A DNA stretch of 25,689 nucleotides from contig JBFGLM010000056.1 in assembly GCA_041576165.1 (NCBI GenBank), positions 1 to 25,689 on the forward strand, written 5' to 3'. How positions within the stretch are numbered: the first letter of the stretch is position 1; each line of letters starts with the position of its first letter. Shown here piece after piece: positions 1-8,087 of this stretch. A program made the position numbers and the translations under genes. The notes below the pieces were generated by a model. That model saw only the letters and a program-made list of their open reading frames with translations, was not told where the DNA came from and ran no database searches. Source of the stretch: Acidimicrobiia bacterium. GTDB lineage: Bacteria; Actinomycetota; Acidimicrobiia; Spongiisociales; Spongiisociaceae.

Positions 1-141
1 CGAGATGGTGATGCCGGGGGATAACACCGAGATGGGGGTGGTGTTGGGGGCGCCGATCGCGATGGATGAGGGTCTCCGTTTCGCCATCCGGGAGGGTGGC
101 CGCACCGTAGGCGCCGGCACCGTCATCACAATCACCACGTA
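1..141 (+). repeat. Terminal direct repeat, left copy (identical to 25549-25689)
   Basis: Base-for-base identity of the first and last 141 nt. Confidence 0.97.
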
Positions 142-142
142 A
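1..142 (+). CDS. tuf: Elongation factor Tu, 3' end (partial)
   Basis: Frame from base 2 reads [46 protein letters not shown] with TAA at 140-142, the EF-Tu C-terminus. Confidence 0.97.
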   Translation, partial: EMVMPGDNTEMGVVLGAPIAMDEGLRFAIREGGRTVGAGTVITITT

Positions 143-255
143 TGACCTAGGGGACGGTCCGGCGACTCAAATCCGCCGGACGGTCGCCGGGTCTCAGTCA
201 CCAGGCTCAGGCGATTGGAAGACCGCGACTGGAAGACGGGAGACCGGAGAAACTC

Positions 256-435
256 ATGGCCAAAAAAGGCAATCGAATCAAGATAACTCTTGAGTGCACG
301 GAAGCGCGGGCCGAGGGCAAACCGCCCTCGCGCTACGTCACGACCAAGAATCGAAACAACACGACGGGTCGCTTGGAGCTCAAGAAATACAATCCGTTCC
401 TTCGCCGCCACACGCTGCATCGCGAGACCCGCTGA
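256..435 (+). CDS. rpmG: 50S ribosomal protein L33, zinc-free type (59 aa; not in the ORF track)
   Basis: [59 protein letters not shown]; GGAGA RBS; usual position between tuf and secE. Confidence 0.96.
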   Translation: MAKKGNRIKITLECTEARAEGKPPSRYVTTKNRNNTTGRLELKKYNPFLRRHTLHRETR

Positions 436-466
436 TTCGTAGATCCGCCGCCCGGGACAGGGTTCG

Positions 467-931
467 GTGACTGGTCGCTGGGGAGTGCGGGCGAAGCGTG
501 CCTGGTGCCCGGCGTGCGATGACGGTTGGGTGGGCCACTTCGTCACCGGTGACGGGAAGACCACGTTGTTCGTGTGCGCGGCGTGCGAGGCCAGCTGGCG
601 GTCGTCAGACAGATTCGACCCCCGTGAGTCCCGGCCGCTGGCGCGGGTGCTCACCGACCTCGGCCTGCCCCCCGAGCGGGAGACTGTGACCGACGTGTCT
701 CCTGATGTGTGGTTCGCCGATCTCGGTTACACACTGACCGTCACGAGTGACGCCGACGGCGTGTTTTGGGCAACGCTCGGATCAGCCAACAACCCGGACT
801 TCTCGATTCGGGAGTACGGTCGCGGGTCGTCGGCCGAGGAGGCCACCCAGTCTGCCCGCCGGCGGTGGCAGACCGAGGAGATCGGCTCTCCCACCGCCCA
901 CCGGCGCCGGCGTCGCCCGCTCCCGCCGTGA
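467..931 (+). CDS. Hypothetical protein with N-terminal zinc ribbon (CPAC...CAAC)
   Basis: Two CxxC pairs followed by EASW; globular-looking C-terminal half; fills the rpmG-dehydratase gap. Start uncertain. Confidence 0.65.
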   Translation: MTGRWGVRAKRAWCPACDDGWVGHFVTGDGKTTLFVCAACEASWRSSDRFDPRESRPLARVLTDLGLPPERETVTDVSPDVWFADLGYTLTVTSDADGVFWATLGSANNPDFSIREYGRGSSAEEATQSARRRWQTEEIGSPTAHRRRRRPLPP

Positions 932-1021
932 CTCCCGCCCCAGCCGAGCCTGCTCAGGTCGCCGTGCCCGCCGCAGTAGCAGGGCATCTGGCGGGACTAA
1001 CGTCCCGCCCGGAGGTTACGG

Positions 1022-1861
1022 GTGCTGGATGAGGTGGTAGGCCGGAGGTATGGACCGATTGAGGTGTCACTGTCCGCCGCCAAGGTCGCCGAATATGTTG
1101 CAGCCACGACCGACGATGCAGAGCGCTGGACGCAACATGCCCCTCCGGCGTACGCCGGCGCGCTTCTCTTCTACGTTGCACCGGCTTTTCTCGACGACCC
1201 GGACGTGGCGCCCCATGCGAGCATGGTCATCCACGGTGAGCAGACATTCGAGTGGCATCAACCTTTCACCATCGGCATTGATCTGCAGCTGAGCGGCGTA
1301 CTCGAGCGGGTGCGTGAGCGGGGCGGCGTGGCCTTCGCCAACTTCGCGCTCACCGCACAATGTGAGCGCGGGCCGGTGCTCACCGCCCAGTCGACGTTTC
1401 TCATGTCGGGGGGCGCGGCGCCCGGTGGAGACACGCACGAACGGGACGAGCCTGCCCCGCACGAACGTGATACATGCGAGATCCCCCATGTGCTGGCCGA
1501 TCCCCCGGATTCCATCCCGGTGCTGCACAAGTCGGCCAGCCGAGCCGATCTGGTGCGCTACGCCGGCGCCAGCGGTGACTTCAATCCGGTACACTGGGAC
1601 CATTCGGTGGCGGCGGGGGCCGGCGTAGGGGGAGTGGTCGTGCACGGTCTGCTGGCTTCCGCCTGGGCGACCCAGGCCGCTGCCCGCCTGATCGAGGGCA
1701 TCCATCCGCTGCAAGCTGCTCGCGTCAGGTTTCGCGCGCCGCTGTTTCCGGCCACCGGCGCCGCGGTCGCCTGCACGCGACGGGAACGCGGGCTGACTGT
1801 GGTCGTAGGCTCCAGCGGCGCCGAGCACGTCGTGGCCCACATCGAATTGAACCGGGAGTAA
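1022..1861 (+). CDS. Double hotdog MaoC-family dehydratase (HadA-like plus HadB-like fusion)
   Basis: N-half has VIHGEQTFEWHQP; C-half has the hydratase-2 motif DLVRYAGASGDFNPVHWD...VVHGLL; GGAGG RBS; same position as mycobacterial hadAB between rpmG and tRNA-Trp. Confidence 0.9.
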   Translation: MLDEVVGRRYGPIEVSLSAAKVAEYVAATTDDAERWTQHAPPAYAGALLFYVAPAFLDDPDVAPHASMVIHGEQTFEWHQPFTIGIDLQLSGVLERVRERGGVAFANFALTAQCERGPVLTAQSTFLMSGGAAPGGDTHERDEPAPHERDTCEIPHVLADPPDSIPVLHKSASRADLVRYAGASGDFNPVHWDHSVAAGAGVGGVVVHGLLASAWATQAAARLIEGIHPLQAARVRFRAPLFPATGAAVACTRRERGLTVVVGSSGAEHVVAHIELNRE

Positions 1862-1865
1862 CCCG

Positions 1866-2432
1866 ATGATCCGTGAGCGGGTCGAACCCCTGGACGAACA
1901 CCTTCTCATCGAGAAGGCCCGCGGGGGTGACCGAGACGCATTCGGCGTCCTGGTCGACCGGCACCAACACGAGGTATTCACATTGGCAACACGGCTCGTC
2001 GGGGATACGACCAATGCGGCCGACGTCACCCAGGAAGCCTTTGTGCGCGCCTTTCGCGGCATCGGCGCATTTCGTGGTCAAGCGGCGTTCTCGACCTGGT
2101 TGCACCGGATAACGGTGAACGCGGCGTGGACGCATTTGGCCCGATCGAAACGCCGCAGCGCCGGCCGCCTGGAGGAGGCATCGGAATCTCCCGACCCGGC
2201 TATCACAGCTGATCCAGAACGGGCGGCCGAAAACGTCTATCTGCGCGGTCGGCTGGCGGCGGCCGTTGCGACGCTGCCCGCTAATCAGAGGGCCGTCGTT
2301 GTGTTGAAGGACATCTACGGCTGGACCCACGCCGAGATCGCCCACGAACTCGATATCAGCGTTGCCGCAACCAAGGTGCGACTCCATCGTGCGCACCAGC
2401 GGCTCCGGACCATACTGAAAGGTGACCTGTGA
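1866..2432 (+). CDS. ECF RNA polymerase sigma factor
   Basis: Region 2 GDRDAF...AADVTQEAFVRAF...FSTWLHRITVN; region 4 LPANQRAVVVLKDIYGWTHAEIAHELDISVAATKVRLHRA. Confidence 0.95.
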   Translation: MIRERVEPLDEHLLIEKARGGDRDAFGVLVDRHQHEVFTLATRLVGDTTNAADVTQEAFVRAFRGIGAFRGQAAFSTWLHRITVNAAWTHLARSKRRSAGRLEEASESPDPAITADPERAAENVYLRGRLAAAVATLPANQRAVVVLKDIYGWTHAEIAHELDISVAATKVRLHRAHQRLRTILKGDL

Positions 2433-2809
2433 CCGAACTGACCACCGACCTCACAGACGCCTTGCGGGGCGTCCGTTGCCGGCTCATTGGCATATGGGCC
2501 GTGTCGCCGGCGGTGTCCACTCCGCGTTTGGCCGAGCGCCATGTCGAACGCTGTCTGGCGTGCCAGGCCCAAGTGGTTCGCGAGCGGTCGATCGTGCGGG
2601 CGCTGGGCGAGCTCCGTCACCAGCTCGAAGTGGCGCCGCCCGATCTGGTGCCGTCGGTTCGGCAGGCGATCGCAGCGGAGCCCTCTGACCCGCCACCGGC
2701 GTCGAAGCCACTCTCCTGGCGCCAGCGGGCGGTGGCCCTATCGGCCCTCTCGGCGTTGGCCGTGGCGTCGATTGCCGCGCTACGCCGGTTGCGCACCGCG
2801 GCGGCGTGA
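2429..2809 (+). CDS. Zinc-binding anti-sigma factor (ZAS) with C-terminal membrane helix
   Basis: HxxxCxxC (HVERCLAC) with an upstream Cys; GTGA start/stop overlap with the sigma gene; hydrophobic AVALSALSALAVASIAAL followed by basic residues. Confidence 0.82.
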   Translation: MTELTTDLTDALRGVRCRLIGIWAVSPAVSTPRLAERHVERCLACQAQVVRERSIVRALGELRHQLEVAPPDLVPSVRQAIAAEPSDPPPASKPLSWRQRAVALSALSALAVASIAALRRLRTAAA

Positions 2810-2879
2810 TCAGATCCGCCGGTAGTCAGGCAAGGTACCCGGCGTTGCCCTGAATCCGGCCGCACACCGATTGGTCAGG

Positions 2880-2909
2880 TTTACACTGGTAATGACCAGT
2901 TCGTATACT
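2880..2909 (+). promoter_or_regulatory. sigmaA-type promoter for tRNA-Trp/secE/nusG
   Basis: TTTACA (2880-2885), 18-nt spacer, TATACT (2904-2909), 17 nt upstream of the tRNA. Confidence 0.7.
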
Positions 2910-2926
2910 CCATGCGTTCCGAACCC

Positions 2927-3000
2927 AGGGGTGTAGCTCGAACTGGTAGAGCGCCGGTCTCCAAAACCGGAGGTTGAGGGTTCGAGTCCCTCCGCCCCTG
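2927..3000 (+). tRNA. trnW: tRNA-Trp(CCA)
   Basis: Acceptor AGGGGTG/CGCCCCT, anticodon arm CCGGT-CTCCAAA-ACCGG (CCA at 2961-2963), T-arm GAGGG-TTCGAGT-CCCTC; 3' CCA not encoded; directly before secE. Confidence 0.98.
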
Positions 3001-3030
3001 CAATCGTCCGGCCCAACCCCGGAAGGCATC

Positions 3031-3369
3031 ATGAACAGAGAGATGCGCCGCTTGTCAGAACGCGAGGAGCGGCGGAGCAAGAAACAACAGCGAGGCGGCG
3101 GCCGCGGCCGTCCGCCCGGCGGACGCGGTAGCGGTGGCGCGAGCGGCGGCGGTAAACCTGCCGAGAAGGCTGGGCTGTGGACCCGGCTCACCCAATTCCT
3201 GCGCGAGGTGCGCACAGAGCTCGAACGTGTGTCGTGGCCAACGCGCCAGCAGATGGTTGCATTCACCACCGTCACGATCATCACGACGACCGCCCTGACG
3301 CTCGTGATCTTCGTGATGGATTACCTCTTCCGCCGCGGAGTGCTGGCGCTGATCCGAGCTCTGACTTGA
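3031..3369 (+). CDS. secE: Preprotein translocase subunit SecE
   Basis: QFLREVRTELERVSWPT motif plus one TM helix; ATG at 3031 (the track start lies inside the tRNA); basic Gly-rich N-terminus. Confidence 0.95.
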   Translation: MNREMRRLSEREERRSKKQQRGGGRGRPPGGRGSGGASGGGKPAEKAGLWTRLTQFLREVRTELERVSWPTRQQMVAFTTVTIITTTALTLVIFVMDYLFRRGVLALIRALT

Positions 3370-3370
3370 G

Positions 3371-4429
3371 ATGACCGAAACGACCGAAATGGCAGATGTG
3401 ACGTCGATTCCCGACGACGACGAGCCGGAGGCCGAGCAGGCGGAGACAGCAGCCGCTCCAGCCCCTGATGCCCAACCGGAATCGGACACCGACGATGCGC
3501 GTCCGGTGGAGTCCGGCGCGGTCGAGGAGCCGGTAGACGTAGACGCCACCCCCGAAGATGAGGCGGCCGGGGCCGACGATCATCCGGGCGGGCCGTACGC
3601 CTACACGACGGGCGACGAGGACTTGGACAAGGACAATCCATTCGCTGCTGCACTGCGCGCAGCAGAGCTGGCCGCAGCTGAACGGGAAGCCGGGGCGGGC
3701 CTAGAAGAAACCACCGATGAGGCGGAGGCGGCGGTCGAGGCGTTACTCGGCGCGCCGGCCCCGGAGGTCGAGGCCGAGCCAGAAGCGCCCGAAGAAGAAG
3801 CGGAAACTGAGGATGAGGCGGCCGCAGAGGAAGAGGCGGCCGCAGAGGAAGAGGCGGCCGCAGAGGAAGAGGAAGAGCCGGTCAGCCCTTATGACATGCC
3901 CGGTGACTGGTACGTCGTGCACTCATATTCCGGGTACGAGAACAAGGTCAAGGCCAACCTCATGACCCGGACCCAATCCATGCACATGGAGGACCGGATC
4001 TTCGAGGTGGTCATCCCGATGGAGAAGGTCGTCGAGATCAAGAACGGGCAGCGGGTCGAGGTGCCCAAGAAGATGTTCCCCGGCTACATCCTGGTGCGGA
4101 TGTACCTGGACGACGACTCGTGGTACACCGTCCGCAACACGCCGGGCGTGACCGGATTCGTCGGTGGCGCGAACAAGCCGACGCCGTTGTCTCGACGGGA
4201 GGTCGAGCGCTTTCTCGGGACGCCCAAGGCGGAGGAGAAGAAGGCGCCTCGGTTCAAGCCGGCCTGGGAGATCGGCGAGACTGTGCGGGTGGTCGCCGGA
4301 CCGTTTGCAGATTTCAACGGGGTCATCGAGGACATCAACGTCGATCAGCAGAAAGTGACGGTGTTGGTGAGCATCTTCGGCCGTGACACACCGATGGAGC
4401 TGAACTTCGAGGACATCCAGAAGCAGTAG
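3371..4429 (+). CDS. nusG: Transcription termination/antitermination factor NusG with long acidic N-terminal extension
   Basis: WYVVHSYSGYENKVK, FPGYILVRM, VRNTPGVTGFVG, KOW motif GPFADFNG, VSIFGRDTP. Confidence 0.97.
   Translation: MTETTEMADVTSIPDDDEPEAEQAETAAAPAPDAQPESDTDDARPVESGAVEEPVDVDATPEDEAAGADDHPGGPYAYTTGDEDLDKDNPFAAALRAAELAAAEREAGAGLEETTDEAEAAVEALLGAPAPEVEAEPEAPEEEAETEDEAAAEEEAAAEEEAAAEEEEEPVSPYDMPGDWYVVHSYSGYENKVKANLMTRTQSMHMEDRIFEVVIPMEKVVEIKNGQRVEVPKKMFPGYILVRMYLDDDSWYTVRNTPGVTGFVGGANKPTPLSRREVERFLGTPKAEEKKAPRFKPAWEIGETVRVVAGPFADFNGVIEDINVDQQKVTVLVSIFGRDTPMELNFEDIQKQ
3815..3868 (+). repeat. In-frame tandem repeat, 3 x 18 bp (EAAAEE)
   Basis: GAGGCGGCCGCAGAGGAA three times, exact. 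Confidence 0.92.
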
Positions 4430-4519
4430 CCGCCGGTCGACGCCGGCGATGGGCTGTGGCTGGTCGCGGCGGGCCGGGCGGACGAGCGCCAAACCGAGCA
4501 TCAACATCAAGGAATACGC

Positions 4520-4948
4520 ATGGGTAAGAAACAAGTCGCCGCGCTGTTGAAGTTGCAGATTGCAGCCGGACAAGCGAGTCCGGCGCCGCCCGTAGGGCCT
4601 GCCCTCGGCCAGCACGGTGTCAACATCATGGATTTCGTGAAGGCCTACAACGACGCAACGCAGAGCCAGGCCGGCACCATCGTGCCCGTCGAGATCACGA
4701 TCTACTCGGATCGCAGCTTCACGTTCGTCACCAAGACTCCACCCGCCGCGGTGCTGCTGCGACAGGCGGCCCGGCTCGAGAAGGGGTCGCCGGAGCCACA
4801 CAAGGAAAAGGTGGGTGCGGTGACGCGGGAGCAGGTTCGCGAGATCGCCGAAACCAAGATGCCCGACCTGAACGCGAACGACATCGACGCGGCCATGAAG
4901 ATCATCGAAGGCACGGCCCGCTCGATGGGTCTGCTCGTAGAAGGCTGA
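4520..4948 (+). CDS. rplK: 50S ribosomal protein L11
   Basis: [21 protein letters not shown]...GTARSMG. Confidence 0.99.
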   Translation: MGKKQVAALLKLQIAAGQASPAPPVGPALGQHGVNIMDFVKAYNDATQSQAGTIVPVEITIYSDRSFTFVTKTPPAAVLLRQAARLEKGSPEPHKEKVGAVTREQVREIAETKMPDLNANDIDAAMKIIEGTARSMGLLVEG

Positions 4949-5000
4949 AGACAATCCGGCGGCCCCGTCCGCCGGCCCACCATGGCGGCCTGCCGCCCTA

Positions 5001-5039
5001 CATGGGAGAGCCGGTGACATCCGGTTCGTTTGCACCACG
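5001..5039 (+). promoter_or_regulatory. Putative L1-binding autoregulatory mRNA structure
   Basis: TGGGAG-AGCCGG-loop-CCGGTTC-GTTTGC-ACCAC just before the rplA RBS (GGAGGTGA); resembles the GTGGGAG...ACCAC L1 operator found between rplK and rplA in Gram-positive bacteria. Confidence 0.7.
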
Positions 5040-5050
5040 GAGGTGACCAA

Positions 5051-5755
5051 ATGTCCAAGAAAGGCGCGCGGTACCGAGCTGCCGCTGAGAAATACGACCG
5101 TCATCGCGACTACACGATCGATGAAGCCATCGAGCTCCTGCGATCGCTGGCATTCGCCAAGTTCGACGAAACCGTCGAGGCCGCGTTTCGTCTGGGGATC
5201 GACGCGCGCAAAGCAGACCAGCTCGTCCGGGGAACGGTGGCGCTACCGAACGGCATCGGCAAATCGGTCCGGGTCGCGGTCTTCGCACAGGGTGAGAAGC
5301 TGAGCGAAGCGGAAAAGGCCGGAGCCGATGTCGCCGGCGGCAAGGAGCTGGCGGAGAAGATTGCCGGGGGTGGCGCGCTCGACTTTGACGTCGCTATCGC
5401 AACGCCCGACATGATGGCCGAGGTGGGCAAACTCGGTCGGGTGCTCGGCCCACGCGGTTTGATGCCCAACCCCAAGACCGGCACAGTGACCATGGACGTC
5501 GCCAGCGCCGTTGAGGAGTTCAAGGCCGGCAAGATCGAGTACCGCAACGACCGCCACGGCAACGTCCAGGCCCCAATCGGCAAGTCCTCATTCGACACCG
5601 ACAAGCTGGTTGAGAACTTCCAGGCGCTGGCTACGGAAATACTGCGGGCCCGTCCGGCCAGTGCCAAGGGCCGTTATCTGCGGAACGTATCCGTCTCATC
5701 CACCATGGGGCCGGGAATCTCGGTCGCGGTGTCCGACGTGGAGGCTCTCGTCTGA
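5051..5755 (+). CDS. rplA: 50S ribosomal protein L1
   Basis: [44 protein letters not shown]; ATG 5051 after GGAGGTGA. Confidence 0.99.
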   Translation: MSKKGARYRAAAEKYDRHRDYTIDEAIELLRSLAFAKFDETVEAAFRLGIDARKADQLVRGTVALPNGIGKSVRVAVFAQGEKLSEAEKAGADVAGGKELAEKIAGGGALDFDVAIATPDMMAEVGKLGRVLGPRGLMPNPKTGTVTMDVASAVEEFKAGKIEYRNDRHGNVQAPIGKSSFDTDKLVENFQALATEILRARPASAKGRYLRNVSVSSTMGPGISVAVSDVEALV

Positions 5756-5773
5756 GCCGGCCCGGGGCGCAAC

Positions 5774-5812
5774 GTGAAGGAACCCCCCACAGGTGATGGG
5801 GGGCTCCTTCGT
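5774..5812 (+). terminator. Hairpin after rplA, possible terminator
   Basis: GAAGGA-A-CCCCCCA/TGGGGGG-C-TCCTTC stem; no strong U-tract. Confidence 0.55.
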
Positions 5813-6186
5813 GACGGCGCTGAAGTGATGGCTTTGGGGGACCCGAGATTTCGGCTCTGCCAGTTCCGAGCCAGCCGGGCGTTTCGCAAGCGACCGCCAG
5901 GTTGTCGCTCGCTGAGAATCAGGCGCCATCGACAGCGGACCGCAGGGTAGGGGCTGCAATCTGCCGGATGGACACCTGTGCCCTAGCGTTGATCTCGTAC
6001 ATCCTTCGCCTGTGGACGCCCCTTCCGCCTCGCCGTCACGTAAGAGTCTCGCGCTCCCGGCCCTGGATGTCCACCAGTTTGTGCCTGCCATTTTGCCGGC
6101 TCCGGCCGCTCCCGGCCGCAGTTCGGCAGCGGGTCGTGGTCGGACGAGCACGCTCAGTGGAGGCGCCCGTGGTGGGTTGGCCCGAT

Positions 6187-6215
6187 TTCTCATTACGGGT
6201 CGAAGGCAATACGCT
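6187..6215 (+). promoter_or_regulatory. Possible sigmaA promoter for rplJL
   Basis: TTCTCA, 17-nt spacer, TACGCT, upstream of the L10 leader. Confidence 0.45.
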
Positions 6216-6251
6216 GCAAGGTACATCCAAGATCCGATCTGTTGATCGTGG

Positions 6252-6380
6252 CCGAAGACAGCCGGTGCCGGCGGAGTCAGATCCGTTCGGCGTAAGTGGT
6301 CGAGCACCCGCCCGCCGAGGTCGAATCCCCGAGGTTCGCTGTCGTAGGCAGCGGGCCTCTTTCTCGTTCGGGGGTTTTCC
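6252..6380 (+). promoter_or_regulatory. L10 ribosomal leader
   Basis: CCGAAGACAGCCGGT...CGTAAG...CCCGCCGAGGT core followed by a long hairpin ending TCGGGGTTTT, upstream of rplJ. Confidence 0.82.
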
Positions 6381-6421
6381 GGGGCGGGGGGATCGGAGTG
6401 GGATTGGAAGGAGTGCAGCAC

Positions 6422-7207
6422 ATGCCCCGACCTGAGAAGGTCCAGGCAGTTGAAGAAATCGCACAACGGTTCGAGGACGCCAACGCCGTCTTTTTGACCG
6501 AGTATCGAGGGTTGTCGGTGGCCGAACAGCAAGCGCTGCGGCGTGAGCTTCGCAGCGCCGGCGCCTCCTACAAGGTGTTGAAGATGTCTCTGGCGCGTCG
6601 GGCTGTGGCAGACCGTCCCGAGCAAGAACTGGCCAAATGGTTGTTGGGACCGACCGCAATCGCCTTCGTGGCGGGCGATCCGGTTCCTGCTGCGAAGGCG
6701 CTAGCTCAATTTGCGAACGACCATGGCGCGCTGGTTGTCAAGGCCGGAGCGCTGGCTGGGGAGGTTCTCCCCCCAGAGATGGTCGCCAAGCTCGCGACGA
6801 TCGAGCCCCGAGAGGTGCTCCTGGCCAAGATCGCCGGAGCCGCCAAAGCCCCATTGGCACAGCTGGCGGGGATGCTCGGTTCATTCACGCGTGATGCCGC
6901 GTCGGTGTTCGCTCAACTGCTCGAGAAAAAGGAACCCGAGGCCCCGGCCGAGGCGGCTCCCGAGGACGCGCCGGCCGCACCGGCCGATGACACAGACGCA
7001 GCGGGATCGGCCGAAGAGGCCGCTGCGGCCGTCGACGCAGAGGCCGTCGCCGAGCCCGAAAGCCCTGACAGCGCGGAGAGCCCGGCGAGCCCGGCGAGTT
7101 CGGAAAGCCCGGCCAGCCCAGAGACCCCAGACAGTCCTGACAGCCCTGAACCCGATGATGATGATGATGATGATGGCGACGGTGCCGCCGCCGCCGAGGA
7201 GGAATAA
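6422..7207 (+). CDS. rplJ: 50S ribosomal protein L10 with acidic low-complexity C-terminal extension
   Basis: [13 protein letters not shown]...LTEYRGLSV...GPTAIAF; GGAAGGAG RBS before ATG 6422. Confidence 0.97.
   Translation: MPRPEKVQAVEEIAQRFEDANAVFLTEYRGLSVAEQQALRRELRSAGASYKVLKMSLARRAVADRPEQELAKWLLGPTAIAFVAGDPVPAAKALAQFANDHGALVVKAGALAGEVLPPEMVAKLATIEPREVLLAKIAGAAKAPLAQLAGMLGSFTRDAASVFAQLLEKKEPEAPAEAAPEDAPAAPADDTDAAGSAEEAAAAVDAEAVAEPESPDSAESPASPASSESPASPETPDSPDSPEPDDDDDDDGDGAAAAEEE
7051..7174 (+). repeat. Degenerate 9-bp (S-P-x) repeats followed by a (GAT)7 microsatellite in the rplJ tail
   Basis: AGCCCGGCG-like units; GAT x7 at 7154-7174. Confidence 0.8.
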
Positions 7208-7209
7208 CG

Positions 7210-7602
7210 ATGGCAAAGATGAAGACCGAGGAGCTCCTCGACATCTTCTCGGACATGACCGTCCTCGAACTCAAAGAGTTCCTTGATGCGTTCGAGGAGA
7301 AGTTCGATGTCACCGCGGCGGCGCCGATGGCCATGGCTGCAACGCCGGTCGGTGCCGACGGAGGCGGAGCCGCTGCGGCAGCCGAGGAAAAGGACGAGTT
7401 CGACGTCGTCCTCACCGCGGCCGGCGACAAGAAGATCCAGGTGATCAAGGAGGTCCGCGGCATCACCAGCCTCGGCCTGAAAGAGGCGAAGGACCTGGTT
7501 GACAACGCCCCCAATCCGGTGCTGGAGAGCGTCTCCAAGGAAGAGGCGGAAGCCGCCAAGGAGAAGATCGAAGCGGTCGGCGGATCGGTTGAGCTGCGCT
7601 GA
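7210..7602 (+). CDS. rplL: 50S ribosomal protein L7/L12
   Basis: [10 protein letters not shown]...[10 protein letters not shown]...[11 protein letters not shown]. Confidence 0.99.
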   Translation: MAKMKTEELLDIFSDMTVLELKEFLDAFEEKFDVTAAAPMAMAATPVGADGGGAAAAAEEKDEFDVVLTAAGDKKIQVIKEVRGITSLGLKEAKDLVDNAPNPVLESVSKEEAEAAKEKIEAVGGSVELR

Positions 7603-7619
7603 GCCAAATCACGAAGCGA

Positions 7620-7660
7620 ACACAAAGGGGCCGTTCCGTTGGGGCGGCTCCTTTTGTGTG
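7620..7660 (+). terminator. Intrinsic terminator after rplL
   Basis: AAAGGGGCCGTTCC-GTT-GGGGCGGCTCCTTTT hairpin with U-tract. Confidence 0.85.
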
Positions 7661-7706
7661 CCGTCGTGCAGACGGGCAACCGGGCACTGGCACCCCTTTG
7701 TCCCAG

Positions 7707-7752
7707 ATGAGTCAATCGACCCATGGACGGAACTAGGTGGCTCCGGCATAGT
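7707..7752 (+). promoter_or_regulatory. Cassette 1 operator-like box and promoter
   Basis: ATGAGTC-N4-GACCCAT (7707-7724); -35 TGGACG 7724-7729, 17 nt, -10 CATAGT 7747-7752. Confidence 0.7.
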
Positions 7753-7758
7753 GGCACG

Positions 7759-7835
7759 AGGAACGGAGGCGGTTCCGGGCTTCAGCCAGGAGAGTGCACC
7801 CAGCCAGGTTGCATTGGAGTCCGGGACCGCTTCAC
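7759..7835 (+). ncRNA. Putative small RNA, copy 1 (family not recognised)
   Basis: 18-bp basal stem 7766-7783/7816-7833 fully paired with G-U wobbles, 5' bulge AGCCAGGAG, upper stem capped by CAGCCAGG; own promoter. Confidence 0.68.
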
Positions 7836-7933
7836 AGGTCTCCGGGGTTCCGATGGCACTCAGCCCGACGTGGCGCTGGCCGCGGGTGGTGGGGCGGGCT
7901 GGGAGGCATCGCTTCCAGGGGCCGAGATGCTCA

Positions 7934-7979
7934 ATAAGCCGGGCGACCCATAGACGCAGGGTCGCAGGCCGGGCATAGT
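7934..7979 (+). promoter_or_regulatory. Cassette 2 operator-like box and promoter
   Basis: ATAAGCC-N4-GACCCAT (7934-7951); -35 TAGACG 7951-7956, 17 nt, -10 CATAGT 7974-7979. Confidence 0.7.
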
Positions 7980-7985
7980 GGCCGC

Positions 7986-8066
7986 CAGAACCGAAGGCGG
8001 TTCCGGACTCTCGCCAGGGGAGTGCATCTCAGCCAGGTGCACTGGAGTCCGGAACCGCTTTCTTCG
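7986..8066 (+). ncRNA. Putative small RNA, copy 2
   Basis: 19-bp basal stem 7993-8011/8044-8062, bulge CGCCAGGGG, upper stem 8021-8029/8035-8043, U-rich tail TTTCTT. Confidence 0.7.
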
Positions 8067-8087
8067 CGTCCGTCAGCGCCGCGATGA

